Source: an uncultured Verrucomicrobiae bacterium (GTDB taxonomy: Bacteria; Verrucomicrobiota; Verrucomicrobiia; Limisphaerales; CAIMTB01). From it: DNA of 64,000 bases. Positions 61,325 to 64,000 of the stretch are shown piece by piece (the first letter of the stretch is position 1; each line of letters opens with the position of its first letter). The notes beneath the pieces were generated by a model that made no database searches, was not told the origin of the DNA, and was given only the letters and a program-made list of their open reading frames with translations. A program made the position numbers and the translations under genes. Location: assembly GCA_963841495.1 (NCBI GenBank), contig CAWJDJ010000011.1, positions 589,518 through 653,517 of the forward strand. Direction: 5' to 3'.

Positions 61325-62200
61325 TTAGCATATGTCACTTCCTAAACCGTTTCTTTTTCTCAACCGATGACTTGCCCGTCTCCGGCCGAGCATTAGGCCA
61401 AAAGCACCTATACTTAATAAAACCCAAGATGAGGGTTCTGGCACGCCCCGAACATCCAACTCGGGCATGAGATCTAAGCTTGCGGGTGGTGCCGCCGAAC
61501 TGCCAGCCCCCATTGTGAACGGTTTCCCAAATCCATATCCGGCCCCTGCATTTACTGCATCGGTCGGCATAGAATAGTTTCCAGCCCATGCATCGACTTC
61601 CACATTAATCGCTGAGCCAGGGGTGATTCCGGACAGCGTGATGACACTATGACTGGGATCGGCGAATCGACCAGGAGACACGTTGATGCCATTTGCGGTT
61701 CCGTCGCTCAAGAGCCAACTCCGCACGGTCGTCAGCGTCCCACCCGCTGCAGCCACGCGGAGCTGAAAATTGAGGTCCTGATCCAATGGAACTCCAGTCC
61801 CGCTCCAAAAATCACTCACTGTCATCCCATAGAGGGCAAAACCGAAGGGTAATCCTGCGGTTTTCCGAGGGATTTGAGGGCCGTGGCGCGGAAGTGGTTT
61901 AAGACTTTTCAGATCATCTGTCCCTCCGGAAAGATTGGCGATTCGTTTTGCGCGGTGGCTGTCCCACGGGATCACGCGAATCCAGGGAAATAGGCCTGCT
62001 CGGGATGCGCAAGGTAACGGGGGCTGCTCTTGGCTGTCCCATATAGTTCTAAGAGACTTATCAGATCCCACTTTCTCCATAGTCCCGTTCGTATCACGGC
62101 AAATAGCCGACTGAAGCTGTGTTTCCAGTTTGACTGAAAAGCTAGAATCTGAGCAAGAGATAGACCAGCAAGGCCGTCCAGATTTGCCAGCGTACGGCGT
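61325..62200 (-). pseudogene. 3' fragment of a low-GC PEP-CTERM protein gene, fused in frame to the end of an IS transposase ORF
   Basis: The track ORF 61325..62527 ends ...LDVRGVPEPSSWVLLSIGAFGLMLGRRRASHRL (PEP-CTERM). Its N-terminal half is the IS transposase C-terminus. About 50% GC. Confidence 0.5.
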
Positions 62201-63260
62201 TGGCGCTGGTCCCCAGGAATCCGACAACTGCAGCGTCTGCTTGATCTGCTTAAAGAACACCTCGATGCGCCACCGACACCGATAGAGGTCCGCCACGCTT
62301 TGCGGACTCCAAGTCAGTTGATTGGTCAGGAAGGTCATCAATTTCTCTTTTCCGTCCACTTCCACCCACACCTCTACACGACGCAAAAGATCGGGATACG
62401 CTTTCTGAGAAGTCGGGTTCGTTAACGGAATCAACTCGTCTTTGACCACTTTGCCGCCGGCAGGCACCTGGTACGTCTCTCGCACCTCGTAGCTCAGGTT
62501 CTCTTTGGCACGCGTCACCCACACCACCCCGCGTAACTCTAGATCTCCCAGGTGTCCGAAGTCGACGTAAGCCTTGTCAAATATGGCGATTTCGCCCTCC
62601 TTGATGTCCGCAGAGACCTCCCGGGCACGCTTGGCGTCAGCCTCACGCGCCGTGTCGATGATCGCGAAGCGCGGCAGAAAACTCTGCAGGTCCAGGCGCA
62701 GATGGCACTTGGCGGCCGCCTTGCGCCGGCGGTGCTTCGCCTAATCCATGCACGAGGCAACCAACTCAATCGTGGTCGAGTCCACGACATGGATCGTCCG
62801 CTGGAACCTCCGGGTAAACGTCTGACCCGCCCGTCCGCTGACAAACTTCGGGCAGATCTCTCCCAGATGCTCGTAGACTTCGCAGAAGAGTCTCTCCGAG
62901 AGGGTCGCATCTCGGTGGCGATTAGCATACGAAAGGTTGTTCCGACTGGGCGGTGTCGCCCCACGAATGGCAGAGAGCGGACCGGAGTTGAGCTGGAGAA
63001 GCATCGCTGACGCTATTGAGCCCGATGGCGTGCGCCAGATGGCTGTAACCCAAACTCACCACATGACTCCACGGACTGAATGTGCGCGCCTTTTCATCCA
63101 CGCCAGTTTCCTGAGCCAACTTTGGAACGAGGGACTCGGGAATTAGGTTGAAAACTGGCCGAAGGACGGAGAGCTTCGATGGCGCTGGAAGGTTGCGGAT
63201 GTCATCCATCTCTGCTGTGTGGTAGAGACAGCTGCCATCTTCGAGCAACTTTTGCTCATT
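62200..63260 (-). mobile_element. IS5/IS4-family (DDE_Tnp_1) insertion sequence with a frameshifted transposase
   Basis: The transposase is split over three frames (62922..63248, 62741..63004, and the N-terminus of 61325..62527). Motifs: KLAQETGVDEKARTFSPWSHVVSLGYSHLA ... LYRCRWRIEVFFKQIKQTLQL. A TAA sits near 62741. Element ends were not resolved. Confidence 0.55.
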
Positions 63261-63546
63261 CCTGTGGGATGGCTGTGAAAATCACTGAAGACAAAGATTT
63301 CTCCATCGCTTTTGCCTAGATTGTTAAACGTTATTGTCCCTTGACCGTCGGCTGCCACAGCAAAGCCCCAGGGCCGAAGAGAGAAATGATATTGCGATAA
63401 TTGATTTGTTCATACGAGTGCGTGATTATCGAAGCATTGCGCTTGACCGCCGTTGATGTTGGGATCAGTATTAGTCAATTAGAAATAAAGGAGATCAGGT
63501 CTGCTGCCCGACGGGCGGACTTTGTCCGGAAAATATCCCGGCGGCC

Positions 63547-63912
63547 ATGAAAACAACGCGCAAGACCAACAGACGCCCATCCCCGTTTCCCGACCGAAAG
63601 ACAAGCCGACGCGCTGCCTTGCGAAACGAAGGCTTATACGCCTTGGGTGTGCTGGCCTCGCTGTTCTCCGAGGTCGGTACGCGGCCGGCGCAAGCCCAAC
63701 ATGTGACCGGGGAATCATCCGTGGGGGCTAATCAGGAGATTTGGTACAGGAGTTCATCCAGCTTTGGCACGCACTTCTGGGAGGGCAAATTCAAGTGGGA
63801 AGGGCTGCAAAACTCACGGTTTACAATGGCCCATTTAATACGCACGAGCTGTACGACTTCAATTCGATCTATAACCCTTAGCCAGCAGCTGCGCGTGCTC
63901 CTCTCTTCATGA
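63547..63912 (+). CDS. Hypothetical secreted protein (lower GC)
   Basis: 121-aa ORF; a basic N-terminus then a hydrophobic segment (LYALGVLASLF). Confidence 0.35.
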   Translation: MKTTRKTNRRPSPFPDRKTSRRAALRNEGLYALGVLASLFSEVGTRPAQAQHVTGESSVGANQEIWYRSSSSFGTHFWEGKFKWEGLQNSRFTMAHLIRTSCTTSIRSITLSQQLRVLLSS

Positions 63913-64000
63913 AGACCAACACGTTGCTGACAGTTGTAGCATTTCTCCTGGCGCCGTCTGCAAATCTAACGGCGCAGGAAGTCCCTAAACTTGGGATCGT
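63910..64000 (+). CDS. Partial CDS (5' end) of a signal-peptide protein
   Basis: ATG at 63910; MKTNTLLTVVAFLLAPSANLTAQEVPKLGI... runs off the window. Confidence 0.4.

Overview
The window is a high-GC (about 65%) chromosomal segment. Its gene content points to a PVC-superphylum bacterium, Verrucomicrobiota or Planctomycetota. The markers are a PSCyt1/DUF1549/DUF1553 protein, a DUF1501 gene, several DUF1559 prepilin-like genes, PEP-CTERM sorting signals, and Tat-signal xylose-isomerase-like and aldo-keto reductase enzymes.

Conserved genes are STAS–ptsI–nucleotidyltransferase, def, pfkB, parB, a MacAB/LolCDE-like ABC exporter with an HlyD adaptor, lepB, trmB, rpsA, dusB, two cyclophilins, and flotillin with NfeD.

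Accessory or degraded content:
- A low-GC island at about 23.9–29.9 kb. It holds a phage tail tape-measure remnant, an IS4-family transposase, and beta-helix/TSP3 secreted proteins.
- A 273-bp MITE-like element in two copies. The second copy is split by a roughly 2-kb group II intron that carries an RT/maturase gene.
- A DUF1501 gene broken by at least three frameshifts.
- A low-GC PEP-CTERM gene disrupted by an IS5-like element whose own transposase is frameshifted.
- Tandem LTD-domain PEP-CTERM paralogs that read abnormally far past the sorting signal.

I found no CRISPR array and no convincing tRNA or rRNA. Many long ORFs in the track are GC-driven antisense artefacts. By-hand coordinates (repeats, hairpins, alternative starts) are approximate to ±2 nt.
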